A stretch of DNA of 64,000 bases. Source: Camelus ferus (Eukaryota). The notes below the pieces were generated by a model. That model was not told the origin of the DNA and did not search any database. It worked only from the letters and a program-made list of their open reading frames with translations. This document shows positions 26,201 to 36,571 of the stretch, in pieces; position 1 is the first letter of the stretch, and every line of letters begins with the position of its first letter. Location of the stretch: contig NC_045707.1 in assembly GCF_009834535.1 (NCBI RefSeq), positions 60,948,001 through 61,012,000 on the forward strand, read 5' to 3'. Position numbers and translations under genes: made by a program.

Positions 26201-27150
26201 CTCTTTCCTTTCTTTTTAATTTATGATACTTTCTTTTATTCTCCTTTTCTGCTTTTTCATTGAATAGATCAAATTGTCTTCTGTTGGTTTCAAAGTTAAT
26301 GCATTCTATTTTTTGTTATTACGGTAAAGTGACTCATGACCTAATACCTAACTTTAATTACCCCTATTGATCTCTAAATTTACCCATAATGTACTTCTAG
26401 GCCTGTTTTTCCATCAAGGCAACAAATAAAATTTACCAAGATATTTTTGACTCACCCATACCTTATATATCATCTACAGGATATTTTTTTACTTCCTCAA
26501 AAGTTATTTTTAATGAATGTAATATCTGTGACATACTTATTAAGGCCTCATATACCTCGTACCATTTTTATTTTACCATCATATCTGAAACAGTTTGGCT
26601 ATAAAATTTTAAGTTCTAAGTTCTTAAACATCTTAAAATTTCACTTCATTTTTTGTATCCAGTGTTCTCTTTGAAACCTGATGTCAGTCTGATTTCTTTT
26701 CCTTTGTAGGTTATTTGCTTTTTTCATTGAATACCTTTAGAATTTTCTTTTGTCTTTGATAGTCACGAATCTCATTGGCATGTCTAGTGATTTGAGTAAG
26801 GATGTTCATACTGCTTTAGCTCTGAGAAATTTATTATTCTCATTTTTTCAGATACTCACTTCCCTTCTCTACTTTTCAGCTGCTGTTACATTTGTCATTC
26901 ATGTCTCCATATGATAGCTTTTCTGTCTTTCCTGCTGCCTTTCTAAAGAACTTTTCAACCTCGTGGATTTTTTTTCTTCCTTTGAACCTATCTTGTTTAT
27001 TTATTTGTTGGTTATTTTAGTTATTGTATTTTTCATATTTAATATTCCCACCTTGTTTTGGATTTCTTGGTCTTGTTTCATGGTTAGTATCTATCTTCCT
27101 TTATCTCTTGAAGTATGTTTATATGCCTGTTTAAATTCTCAGTATGTCTG
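23300..27150 (-). mobile_element. Degenerate L1M, including ORF2 remnants
   Basis: Minus-strand peptides FLEEYKTPKLAQE, KNSPGP, EFYQLLKEL and VYKLFQK (about 25290-25560) resemble L1 ORF2 FLEKYNLPKLNQE...KSPGPDGFTAEFYQTFKEE...LLKLFQ. Confidence 0.7.
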
Positions 27151-27728
27151 TAATGCTTTGGAAAATAAATTATTTCTTTCTTTCATTGTACTCCTCAAGG
27201 GTCTAGTTGGCCTTATAGCTCAGACACACTGGCTGAGATCAGTTACTCCAGTAATGAGTGTTGAGGGAGGAGTCAGACTTTGGTTTGTGACAAGCGCATG
27301 CAGTTTAAAGAGAAGGGGGGGGTGGGGCATGATCATAATAAGGAGAATCCAGTCACCTCAGACCCCAAGCTGGTTGACAGGTCCAGGCTGTTTTGGGAGG
27401 AGGTAGTCTCCTCTGGTTATAATCCATTGTTCCTAGGTGGAGAGGGTAGAAGAGTGCTCCTGGGCCCTGAACCAGTGTAGCTTTCATCAACTCTGCGTGT
27501 TATCCTAGGAGCACTGGCACTGGGCTCTGCGGAAGGTGAAGGGGGCAGGCAGTAAATGTGGAACGCAAGCATGGAATTAAAAGACTTGCAAAAAAGCTTT
27601 CTTCCAACTTGTCCTCACTGGTACTCACTCTGGTGCCCCCCACCCCTCCCCCTAGCTTTCTTTCCAAGTTGTAGCTCACCCTGTCTGTACTAGTTGAAGA
27701 CAGCTTCCACTCAGAATTCGCTCGTGGG

Positions 27729-27729
<1 letters not shown>

Positions 27730-27763
<34 letters not shown>
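27730..27763. repeat. (TG)17 microsatellite
   Basis: Read directly from the sequence. Confidence 0.95.
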
Positions 27764-27766
<3 letters not shown>

Positions 27767-28355
27767 TAGTTGTTTCCTTCCTAGTTCTAAAGTTCTAGGG
27801 TCGATTCTTTGAGTTGTGAAGCTGGAGGGAGTCTAGCCAACCATGCTCTTTCACCACCTTGACAGAACATTTAAGATTTTTACTTTTAATTGTAAGAAAT
27901 AAAAGGTTGATAGTTTAGTTATTAGTTTTACTTCTTATTACCTTAACTAAAGTAGTGGTCAAGTAAGAGAATTATTTGATTGACAACAATCTGTCTAGCC
28001 TGGATTTTGGATCAAATCCCCTGAACTTAGGAACTTTTGGGTTTGAACATTTTGGGGGATGGTAGAAGCCTTCATAAGTTTAATCATTTTTCAAGGGGTT
28101 CACAGATCAGATGTATATAACATTTTAAAAGTCTGTGCCCCACAGTGAATTGTATATAAATTAATCTCAGTAAAATTGTTATTTAAAAAATCCATCTCCC
28201 CTCTTCATAAACTGTTACATACTTATTTAACTTCAGATTCCAAATTAAATACGGAGATCTAAGTAGAAAATAATGGTATAGGATACCGTTCTTTTCCACA
28301 AAATACATAATGCTCCCCTCCTTTCTCCTCATAGTATTGATATAGGTGAGATGTG

Positions 28356-28553
28356 CAGTTGACCCTTTTGAACAACGCAGGGGTTAATCTGCGTACAACT
28401 TCCGGTCCCTTATAGCCCTCAATCTGCGATTCCTTCACAACTGTGGATTCGACCAACCACAGACCGTGGAGTACTGTGGTATTTACTGTTGAAAAATATC
28501 TGCATATGAGTGGACTGAGGCAGTTCAAACCCATGTTATTCAAGGGTCAACTG
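28356..28553 (-). mobile_element. Tigger2-family (TcMar) MITE
   Basis: TIRs CAGTTGACCCTT(tt)GAACAAC ... GTTATTCAAGGGTCAACTG; TA on the right flank, TG on the left. Confidence 0.88.
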
Positions 28554-28956
28554 TACATATTAAATAATTCAGGTTATCATTCTTATTCTTAGAAATAGGA
28601 TGGTCAGTCTGCCTTTTTAACTTTGTAAGACAGACTCATTTTACAGCTGAGATGCCAGCACTGACAAGTCCACCTCTGCCTGAACTTGATTACAGTGAAA
28701 GATTTTGGGTTGACGATAGGATTTACATTTTCTTGTCAACTTACTGTACCTGGTTAAATTTCTGCTTCTGAAACGTTTTATGGTCAAGAGGTTCATGTAT
28801 TTATATCTTGAATTGAAATTACTTTGAATGTACCTTTTGTTTCAAGTAGGAAACCTGTCATTCAGTAATTTTTATGCTTTGATTTCAATAAGATGAAAGA
28901 AGTGTGACTTGGGTTTTACTGTGATGCTATGTAACGAGTGCTCTCTGACCTTTCAG

Positions 28957-29098
28957 CTTGCCTAGGGTAGTTAAAAGACGGGTGAATGCTCTCAAAAACC
29001 TTCAAGTTAAATGTGCACAGATAGAAGCCAAATTTTATGAGGAAGTTCATGATCTTGAAAGAAAGTATGCTGTTCTCTATCAGCCTCTATTTGATAAG
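28957..29098 (+). CDS. NAP1L1: NAP1L1 exon 5 (SLPRVVKRRVNALKNLQVKCAQIEAKFYEEVHDLERKYAVLYQPLFDK)
   Basis: ORF track and translation match; cag acceptor; AAG|gtaatg donor. Confidence 0.98.
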
Positions 29099-29331
29099 GT
29101 AATGCTTTCTACTACTTTGTTTTATCTAAAATTGAAGTTTCTTTGGAAATTCAAACTTTCTTTAAACCTCTCTATTTTAAAATTGTTGTTAAAGGTATTT
29201 GGGAGAATTACCAATAATAGCAATTCACGTTGTGGTATGCATTAATTAAATCTGTAAGCATTCTTTAAAAACAGCTAGTTTTTAGTTTGGATGCCAGTGT
29301 TTTTAATGCCAGATTTTTTTAATCATTCTAG

Positions 29332-29412
29332 CGATTTGAGATTATTAATGCAATTTATGAACCTACGGAAGAAGAATGTGAATGGAAACCAGATGAGGAA
29401 GATGAGATTTCG
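29332..29412 (+). CDS. NAP1L1: NAP1L1 exon 6 (RFEIINAIYEPTEEECEWKPDEEDEIS)
   Basis: Translation match; tag acceptor; TCG|gttggt donor. Confidence 0.97.
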
Positions 29413-30142
29413 GTTGGTACTAACTTTAATTTACTGTTTTTAATAATTCGGAAACATTTTCTTTATTGTAAGATGGATAGGTACAGATAAGCCACTGTTC
29501 ATCTTGGCACCATCTGTACCCAAATTCACTTTTTCCTCACATTTTTATAGTATTTAACATTTACAGATTCATATAGACTTTTCCTTTGAACTTCACGATG
29601 ACATACAAAGGATTTTTCCCATTTTTCAAGTGGAGATGGAGGCTTCTAAGTAACTTGCCCACAACTGATAGATGGCAGAGCTATGACACAAACCCAGTGC
29701 TCTGTTACATGACCCTGTTTCTCTGGCATTGACGTTTTTGTGTTGGTTGATGAAGAGACTATATTTTGATTAAGAACACTAAGGGGGGAGGCAATGGACA
29801 AGGTTTGCATTTCTTTTGCTTTTCTTGTTTACTATGCTTAAAATTCTTTTCCCCTCCCCGCCTCATGAAGGTAAAAAAGTTTTTCCCTATAGCTCATGGT
29901 CCTAGTGGCTTTATTTTTGGAGGGACATAGTGATAACAGTATTTATAGGTGTAAGGTTTGGTATGGGTAACAGCGGTGTTTACACAATTAGACTAGAACT
30001 TCTTTGGCTAATAGTTAAAATTAGTCGGTGAGGGTTTGCTGATTTCTAAACTCTGCCACTGCATGTAAGTTAAGGGGATATAAAAAGGTTTATCAGGATG
30101 TCTAATCTAGGTATTGAGTAATGAATGCTGTCTTTTATCAAG

Positions 30143-30271
30143 GAGGAGCTGAAAGAAAAGGCCAAGATTGAAGATGAGAAAAAAGATGAAGAAAAAGAAG
30201 ACCCCAAGGGAATTCCTGAATTTTGGTTGACTGTTTTTAAGAATGTTGACTTGCTCAGTGATATGGTTCAG
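30143..30271 (+). CDS. NAP1L1: NAP1L1 exon 7 (EELKEKAKIEDEKKDEEKEDPKGIPEFWLTVFKNVDLLSDMVQ)
   Basis: NAP-family GIPEFW motif; aag acceptor; CAG|gtaact donor. Confidence 0.98.
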
Positions 30272-31234
30272 GTAACTTTATTCATAAAAACACCAGTTTA
30301 CCTCCCAGGGTAAACCTTTGAAATTTAAATGGCTGTGATGACTACTAGTCTTTTTATTGTTGACCTTTATAAAGTAATTGCTTTCTTTCAAAACAGCTGT
30401 TATCTACAGAAGGAAAATCATAGCTTTGATTAATCAATTATAATTCATTTTCAAAACTTAGATAATGAAATCGTCCCTTTGATAGTTGCTCATTGTTGTC
30501 TGATGCTTTCTGATAGGCCTGTGCCGTCTGTTTTTCTATGTGGAGGTGGAGGTAAGGTGGGAGAGACTCAGGAGTTTCCGTTTTCTTATCCCAGCGACCT
30601 TTTCAATCTGAAATAACTATTCCAAGGGATGCTTGCATTTTAAAAGAATACTTTAAAAATCTTTAACTATTTTAGCAACTGTCTCTTTTTCTGGGAAACC
30701 AGTGCAGATGTCACATCTGGGAAAGTTTGCCCCTCCTAATCAGAAGCATTTCTGGAGCCACTGTCATCTGCATTGTAGTACTAGCCTTGTATTGTTGTGA
30801 TTGTTGGAAATTAACGTCAAGAAAAAAGATTATCTCAGAACAATGACTGCTTACTGCATTTCTACTTTAGCAAAGTAGGAAAGGAACAAGAAGCACCTGG
30901 AAAAGGCAGCAGTTAGGATCAGGAAACATTTTTAAAGCACACTTGCCCTATTTATACTTGGTTTTGAACTTTCCGCCCATTCAGTATGTATAGTGATGTG
31001 GTTCTCTGTTTAGTCACCTTTTTTCAGCCAGTGGCAATAGAAAGAGGTAGAACTAAGTAAACTAGCTTCTGTGTAAGCCATAACGTGGAGAGTACATCTG
31101 TCTCCTGGTTCATAATTGTGCATAAAACTTAACTATAAAATGTCTCAGTCGGCTAAGTGCTTATTGTCCAGTAGCAAAACAGTACTCCTAAAATGCCATT
31201 TAAAGACTCATTTTAATATGTTTTTAATTTGAAG

Positions 31235-31306
31235 GAACATGATGAACCTATTCTGAAGCACTTGAAAGATATTAAAGTGAAGTTCTCAGACGCTGGCCAG
31301 CCTATG
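31235..31306 (+). CDS. NAP1L1: NAP1L1 exon 8 (EHDEPILKHLKDIKVKFSDAGQPM)
   Basis: Translation match; aag acceptor; ATG|gtaaag donor. Confidence 0.97.
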
Positions 31307-32118
31307 GTAAAGGAATTTTTGAAATATTTTCAATTTTGTAGGATTAAATGTTTGCAGGTAGATGAATGTAACTTTCTAAAAAGAGATGACATTGAAGGGT
31401 TGGACATGGGAGTGAGAAGAAATTAAAGCTGATACTTGGTACTCTTAATTGTTGGTAGGAAATAAATGTTTGGATGTTGATAATTGTGTTGCAGTATTTA
31501 TTCCTTTTCCTCCCTCTGAACATAAACTACTTTTGAAATATAGTCAGTCCTTGATCCTGAATTAAAAGTAATAGAAAAGGAATATGAATAAGAAACTACT
31601 TATTCTGTATTAAAAGGCATGTGGCTGAGAATTACCCAAAACAGAGTATGTGAGAGGGCCACTTCCCTATTATGAAAGATCAGCCAATAGCTTCTTCCCC
31701 AAACCATCAGTATTATGTAGAGCATGGGCAGAGGTACCACAGGCTACTGATTCTTGCATTACATGTGATAAGGTTGGGCTTTTCTCTGTCAAGCTCAGGT
31801 TCTCGTCTAAGGTTTAAAGTCCTCTTTGTGGGTGGAGGAAGGGGGACTTAGTCATTTTATTCAGCTGTACCTAACCCATTTCTTAAGCATACTACTAAAT
31901 AGTAGTTGTAGGCTGAACTAAATTTTATTCAGTTTATTTTGTGCATCATTTTGCTTTTAATATTATTTGGGATTTATCTGACCCTTTCCTGAAGTAAGAA
32001 AACATTATCACTTAAAAGTTTATGTTTATAAAAATCACAGATTAAGCTTATTTACTAAAGCATTGCCATGTATCATGTAGAAATGTAATTAGTTTTTATA
32101 CTTTTTTTTTTTTTAAAG

Positions 32119-32258
32119 AGTTTTGTCTTAGAATTTCACTTTGAACCCAATGAATATTTCACAAATGAAGTGTTGACAAAGACATACAGAATGAGGTCAG
32201 AACCAGATGATTCTGATCCCTTTTCTTTTGATGGACCAGAAATTATGGGCTGTACAGG
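32119..32258 (+). CDS. NAP1L1: NAP1L1 exon 9 (SFVLEFHFEPNEYFTNEVLTKTYRMRSEPDDSDPFSFDGPEIMGCT)
   Basis: NAP-domain motif F.F..N.YF.N..L.K.Y; aag acceptor; GG|gtgagt donor. Confidence 0.97.
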
Positions 32259-32688
32259 GTGAGTTTTAACTTTACTACTTTAACAGAATGTTATATCTGG
32301 TTTTTCCTTACGATTTGTGGTGCTTGGTATTCCTTAGTGTGCTTGTTACATACATACATAATTTTTCTCCAGACATTTCAGTAAAACATTTCCTGAGAAG
32401 GGATTATCCCTTTTCCTAGAATTCTCCGTAGACTATTACAGATATTTCTCTGAAGGAGTGCACATTTAAATTTATTGTGAGTTTATGGTAATTATAAATA
32501 AATTTATTGAAAAAATTTGTTTAGAAATAAAAATTTTCTCTTTGTACAGCTACAGGAAGCATTTAAACCAGTTTTGCCCTCTAAAATTTTAAATTAAATA
32601 AGACATTTAATTAGAAAAGTCTCAATTCTCCTAGCAATTGAAAGTAATGTGTTATGATAGATGATTTTTTTTCCCTTTGTTTTGGAAG

Positions 32689-32834
32689 GTGCCAGATAGA
32701 TTGGAAAAAAGGGAAGAACGTTACTTTGAAAACCATTAAGAAGAAGCAGAAACACAAGGGACGTGGGACAGTTCGTACTGTGACCAAAACAGTCTCTAAT
32801 GACTCTTTCTTTAATTTTTTTGCCCCCCCTGAAG
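32689..32834 (+). CDS. NAP1L1: NAP1L1 exon 10 (GCQIDWKKGKNVTLKTIKKKQKHKGRGTVRTVTKTVSNDSFFNFFAPPE)
   Basis: Basic NLS stretch and SFFNFF motif; aag acceptor; G|gtaaat donor. Confidence 0.98.
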
Positions 32835-32943
32835 GTAAATAGTATATTACTTTCGATATATATATATATATATTTTATTTTTCAGTTATTATAGACTTTG
32901 CTTAACTTTGTACTCACTTGAATTTCTCTTTTCAATTTTGCAG

Positions 32944-32963
32944 TTCCTGAGAGTGGAGATCTG
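32944..32963 (+). CDS. NAP1L1: NAP1L1 exon 11, 20-nt microexon (VPESGDL)
   Basis: ttttgcag acceptor and CTG|gtaagc donor; required to keep the frame between exons 10 and 12. Confidence 0.95.
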
Positions 32964-34179
32964 GTAAGCTAAATTGTTACTTGTTGATTTGTTGATATGA
33001 AATTAAAGGGCTGTTCCTTAAATGTAGGCAGCGGGATTGTTGGTACTAGCATTGTGTTCTGAGGCTTGCAAAGCACGGAGGGAGACCTTTACTCATCTGA
33101 AAAATTATTCCATTTAAAATACACATAGTGCTTCTGCTGAGGAATGCTGAAAGGCTGAGATTTTCTTGAGTTGCAGATACTTCTGTGAGGGATTCAAGTT
33201 TTTAAGACTATAATTCTCTTCCTTACTGAAACTAGAATGTATTAAGTCATTACTAAACTCTAACCACATTTCGGTTAAAACTCTTTCTGTATTTATATTG
33301 CAGTGGAAATGTGGTTTTATGTATGTGGTCTTACAGCCGGAAACTATGAGATGTGCCTGGCATACAGCCTGAAATGAGGAGCAGCCTTAAAGAACTCTAT
33401 ACCGGCAGGGTCAGCTAGATATGCTCTGAATTTGGTTTAAGTCTGTTACCAAATAGTGATGGTAACAAAACAATCTTGAGTAGTTATGGATAGAATATCT
33501 CTGCCTGTGATTAGAATTCTTTCCTTCAAAATCTGCCCCTTCTTTGTGTTTTATTGTTGCTATGAGTGGATTATGTTGATGAATCAAAAATAAATATCCA
33601 TAAATTCACAGAATATTTACTCATTGTTTAGTATCATAGAACTTAAATGGGATCATTTTAATTTTGAATAATGTCAGCAGCATTTCTGTGCTGTACTTTG
33701 CATTAAGTAGAAATCCTAGTTGACTTAATCTTTATCAAGTAGGATTTTGTCTCATTTGGCATCACACGGCTGCTTGGACATTGTCTTCTAGGAAGTTTGA
33801 AGTGATCCTCTGTGGTCTTTTATTCTACTTGGTATTTTCAGTAATTAATATTTTAAAAGAAAAACTGCAGTCGTATAACAAAATTGCTTTTGTACTTTTT
33901 TTTTAAAAAAGGAACTAAGCAATAACCAGTTCTAATTTTTTATTTTGCAAATTTCTCTGAGTATGTACACTAGCCTACTAACATTTTTTTTTATTAAAAA
34001 CCTATGAACGTGGAGCCTGTGTAGACGACTACTTGATCACGTCTATGTAGGCTAATTATAAAATGTTGGAAAGTTTAAAGTGAAGTGGGAAGTTTCTTCC
34101 TAAATGATTTCAACCTAGCAGTCCCACATACGCCGAGTTAAGAAACAGTGTTACTAAATTGTTTGCATTTCTTTAACAG

Positions 34180-34302
34180 GATGATGATGCTGAAGCTATT
34201 CTTGCTGCAGACTTTGAAATCGGTCACTTTTTACGTGAGCGCATAATTCCAAGATCAGTGTTGTACTTCACTGGAGAAGCCATCGAAGATGATGATGATG
34301 AT
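34180..34302 (+). CDS. NAP1L1: NAP1L1 exon 12 (DDDAEAILAADFEIGHFLRERIIPRSVLYFTGEAIEDDDDD)
   Basis: Translation match; cag acceptor; GAT|gtgagt donor. Confidence 0.97.
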
Positions 34303-35020
34303 GTGAGTCAATCTGAATCCTGCAGTGACATCATTTGGTGAGGGTGTGAGAGGCAGGATTGGTGAGAGGTTTAATGAATAGATGTAATTTTTTTAAAAGC
34401 AAGACGGACTAATTCAAAATTAGCTTTTCCAGGATCCTTGGGTCCATTTATTGTAGTTGTTACTTTCCTGTGATTAGGAAGACTGCTCTGAAATAGGAAA
34501 ACTTAACTATGTTGGGTTAGTGTTGTAGATCTATTACATATCTTTGACCAAACAAAACATAACCTAGGACGTTCTTTAAGGGGCTGATAAAAGTCTTTAT
34601 TAGGAATAGTGGAATTTTTATCCATGGTAATATTAAGTAACTATTAAGGTAAAATTAGGCTGTTTTGGACATCTTTATTGCTAAATGATAATCATTCAGG
34701 TAGGTTTTAGGTTTTTTGTGTGTGGTGAGTTCCATAAAATACAGGCAAGTGATATTTGTGGTCATAGTTTATCTGATCATACTTTATGATTATACTGTGT
34801 TATTTATTTCAGTTTTTAAAGTTGTCAGGTTTAGATAATGGCATTGAGCTGGATGATTTTTGCAGCTATTACCCTTGTTTTAATCTATAACCAGTCACCT
34901 TTGGGGAAAATACTTTTTCTTTTCTTAGATATTAGTGGATGCAGTGGTAGATATTGACAAATGCTATTCTCAAATGATTGTAGGCTTCATTCAAACATCA
35001 TCCTTTTTTCCCTTTTTTAG

Positions 35021-35050
35021 TATGATGAAGAAGGTGAAGAAGCGGATGAG
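35021..35050 (+). CDS. NAP1L1: NAP1L1 exon 13 (YDEEGEEADE); read-through into the intron adds VMFTK* (stop 35066-35068)
   Basis: Polypyrimidine tract plus tag acceptor; GAG|gtaatg donor. Confidence 0.96.
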
Positions 35051-35286
35051 GTAATGTTTACCAAATGAGCAAATAATTCTCTGTTTAACAGATTGAGAAG
35101 CAAATTGAGTGACTTATGTATTCCTTTGCTATATAATCATTATTCTGTGATCTGGGATAAAAACATTTTTGGAAAAAATATGATTTTAGAATTCTACAGC
35201 CAAACAATGTATGTATGAGGTTTCAATAAATAAATTGCAAAACTCAGAACATTTTTTTTATTTCAAATAATTCTGTTCTGCTGCAG

Positions 35287-35349
35287 GGTTATCAGCTCTT
35301 TGAAGAAGTCAAAAGCTGCAGTAAACTTTTTCAACGTTGGCTGCAGTAA
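35287..35349 (+). CDS. NAP1L1: NAP1L1 alternative last exon (GYQLFEEVKSCSKLFQRWLQ*)
   Basis: Acceptor ttctgttctgctgcag at 35286; phase 0, open to TAA 35347-35349; AATAAA 35358-35363 with GU-rich sequence downstream. Confidence 0.75.
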   Translation, partial: GYQLFEEVKSCSKLFQRWLQ

Positions 35350-35562
35350 ATCTTTTCAATAAAACCTGTCTGGATGTCTCACATTGTGTTGGGAAATTTT
35401 TTATATTAGAAGCTTTCAAATTAAATTGCTTTGTCACCAAACTCTGTAATCATGAAAATCTGTTGACCTATAGAGTAATTTGTATTAAATTCTCCCTACA
35501 TTATGAGCCATTTCTTCCTACTGTGTACCTACTTCATGGATGCATTTTGAACTTTAATATAG

Positions 35563-35613
35563 GAAGGGGAAGAAGAAGGAGATGAGGAAAATGATCCAGA
35601 CTATGACCCAAAG
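35563..35613 (+). CDS. NAP1L1: NAP1L1 exon 14 (EGEEEGDEENDPDYDPK)
   Basis: Translation match; tag acceptor; AAG|gtgagc donor. Confidence 0.96.
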
Positions 35614-36535
35614 GTGAGCAAAATTAGTGCTGCTTTCTGTTAAATTTAAGTCAGGTTAAATATGAGTTGATGTTTCTGAATATAAAGTGTATTTTTGTCC
35701 ATTAAAGTCCTTAAAAGCCCATTGACTGGAGAGAGATATATATATCTCCTCACTGGCATTTTACTAGTACATGTAATTTCAATGCACCTTTCCTAAGAAA
35801 CTTTTATTTTAGTGTTCTTAGGGTTGTTGGGTTTTTTTTCCGCAAAGGAAAGCTTATAAACAAAGGTCAGTTTGTAAATCATTTGAATACAGGAGTGCTC
35901 AGAAATAGGGAAATGATGCTGTTTGTCAGATTCTCCCAACCACGTGTTTTCTCCCAGGCTCTTATTCCTGGGAATTCATCATATCAGGGTTAGTAAAGGC
36001 CATTATCTCCCACAGAACGTGTAGTATGTTATCAAGATTCATTTGAAACATCTGGTTTCTCTTCAGTATATTCATTCATTTGCTAATTGCTGTAATATAT
36101 CCAGAAGATACTTTAACCTAGTGAGCAGGTAAGAGAGGGTAGTTAAAAATCCAATATTCTAACAGGTATGAATTAGTCTTAACAGCTAAATATGAATGGA
36201 ATTAGCATTTTTGAATAACATCTATTAAAAACACAAAAATAACTGGTAATACGACTAACATAAATTGCTGCGCTATTTTATTTTTTAAGATTATGGCTTA
36301 CTGTGTTTCATTTATAGAGTTCATTCTACAGTATAAAGTTGGGGCTTTATTTTAGCATTTTTGTGACTTGGTAATATTTGAATAAATTGCCATCTTGCTA
36401 TACCATTTCTCTAATTTGACAAACATTTTGAGAGAACGGTAAGATAATGTGATAATTTAAAACAGTTAATTAGTATTGAGAACTTAATTGAATAGGTAGA
36501 AAAAGATAGATTGACTTGTTGTTTTCCTTTAACAG

Positions 36536-36571
36536 AAGGATCAAAACCCAGCAGAGTGCAAGCAGCAGTGA
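36536..36571 (+). CDS. NAP1L1: NAP1L1 exon 15, coding part (KDQNPAECKQQ*)
   Basis: cag acceptor; TGA 36569-36571; coding exons sum to 1176 nt = 391 aa plus stop; C-terminal CKQQ CaaX-type motif. Confidence 0.97.
   Translation, partial: KDQNPAECKQQ

Noticed and set aside
25289..27406. ORFs of 124-147 aa in intron 4
   Set aside because: Frameshifted L1 remnants or T-rich antisense L1 sequence, not genes.
31005..31130. Possible two-hairpin H/ACA snoRNA in intron 7 (TOP genes often host snoRNAs; the paralog NAP1L4 hosts SNORA54)
   Set aside because: Stems depend on many G-U pairs, there is no clean ACA box, and it resembles no snoRNA I recognise. An Infernal/Rfam or snoReport hit would be needed.
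35337..35585. 82-aa ORF in intron 13
   Set aside because: Starts at TTG and is out of frame with exon 14; the region is explained by the alternative last exon.
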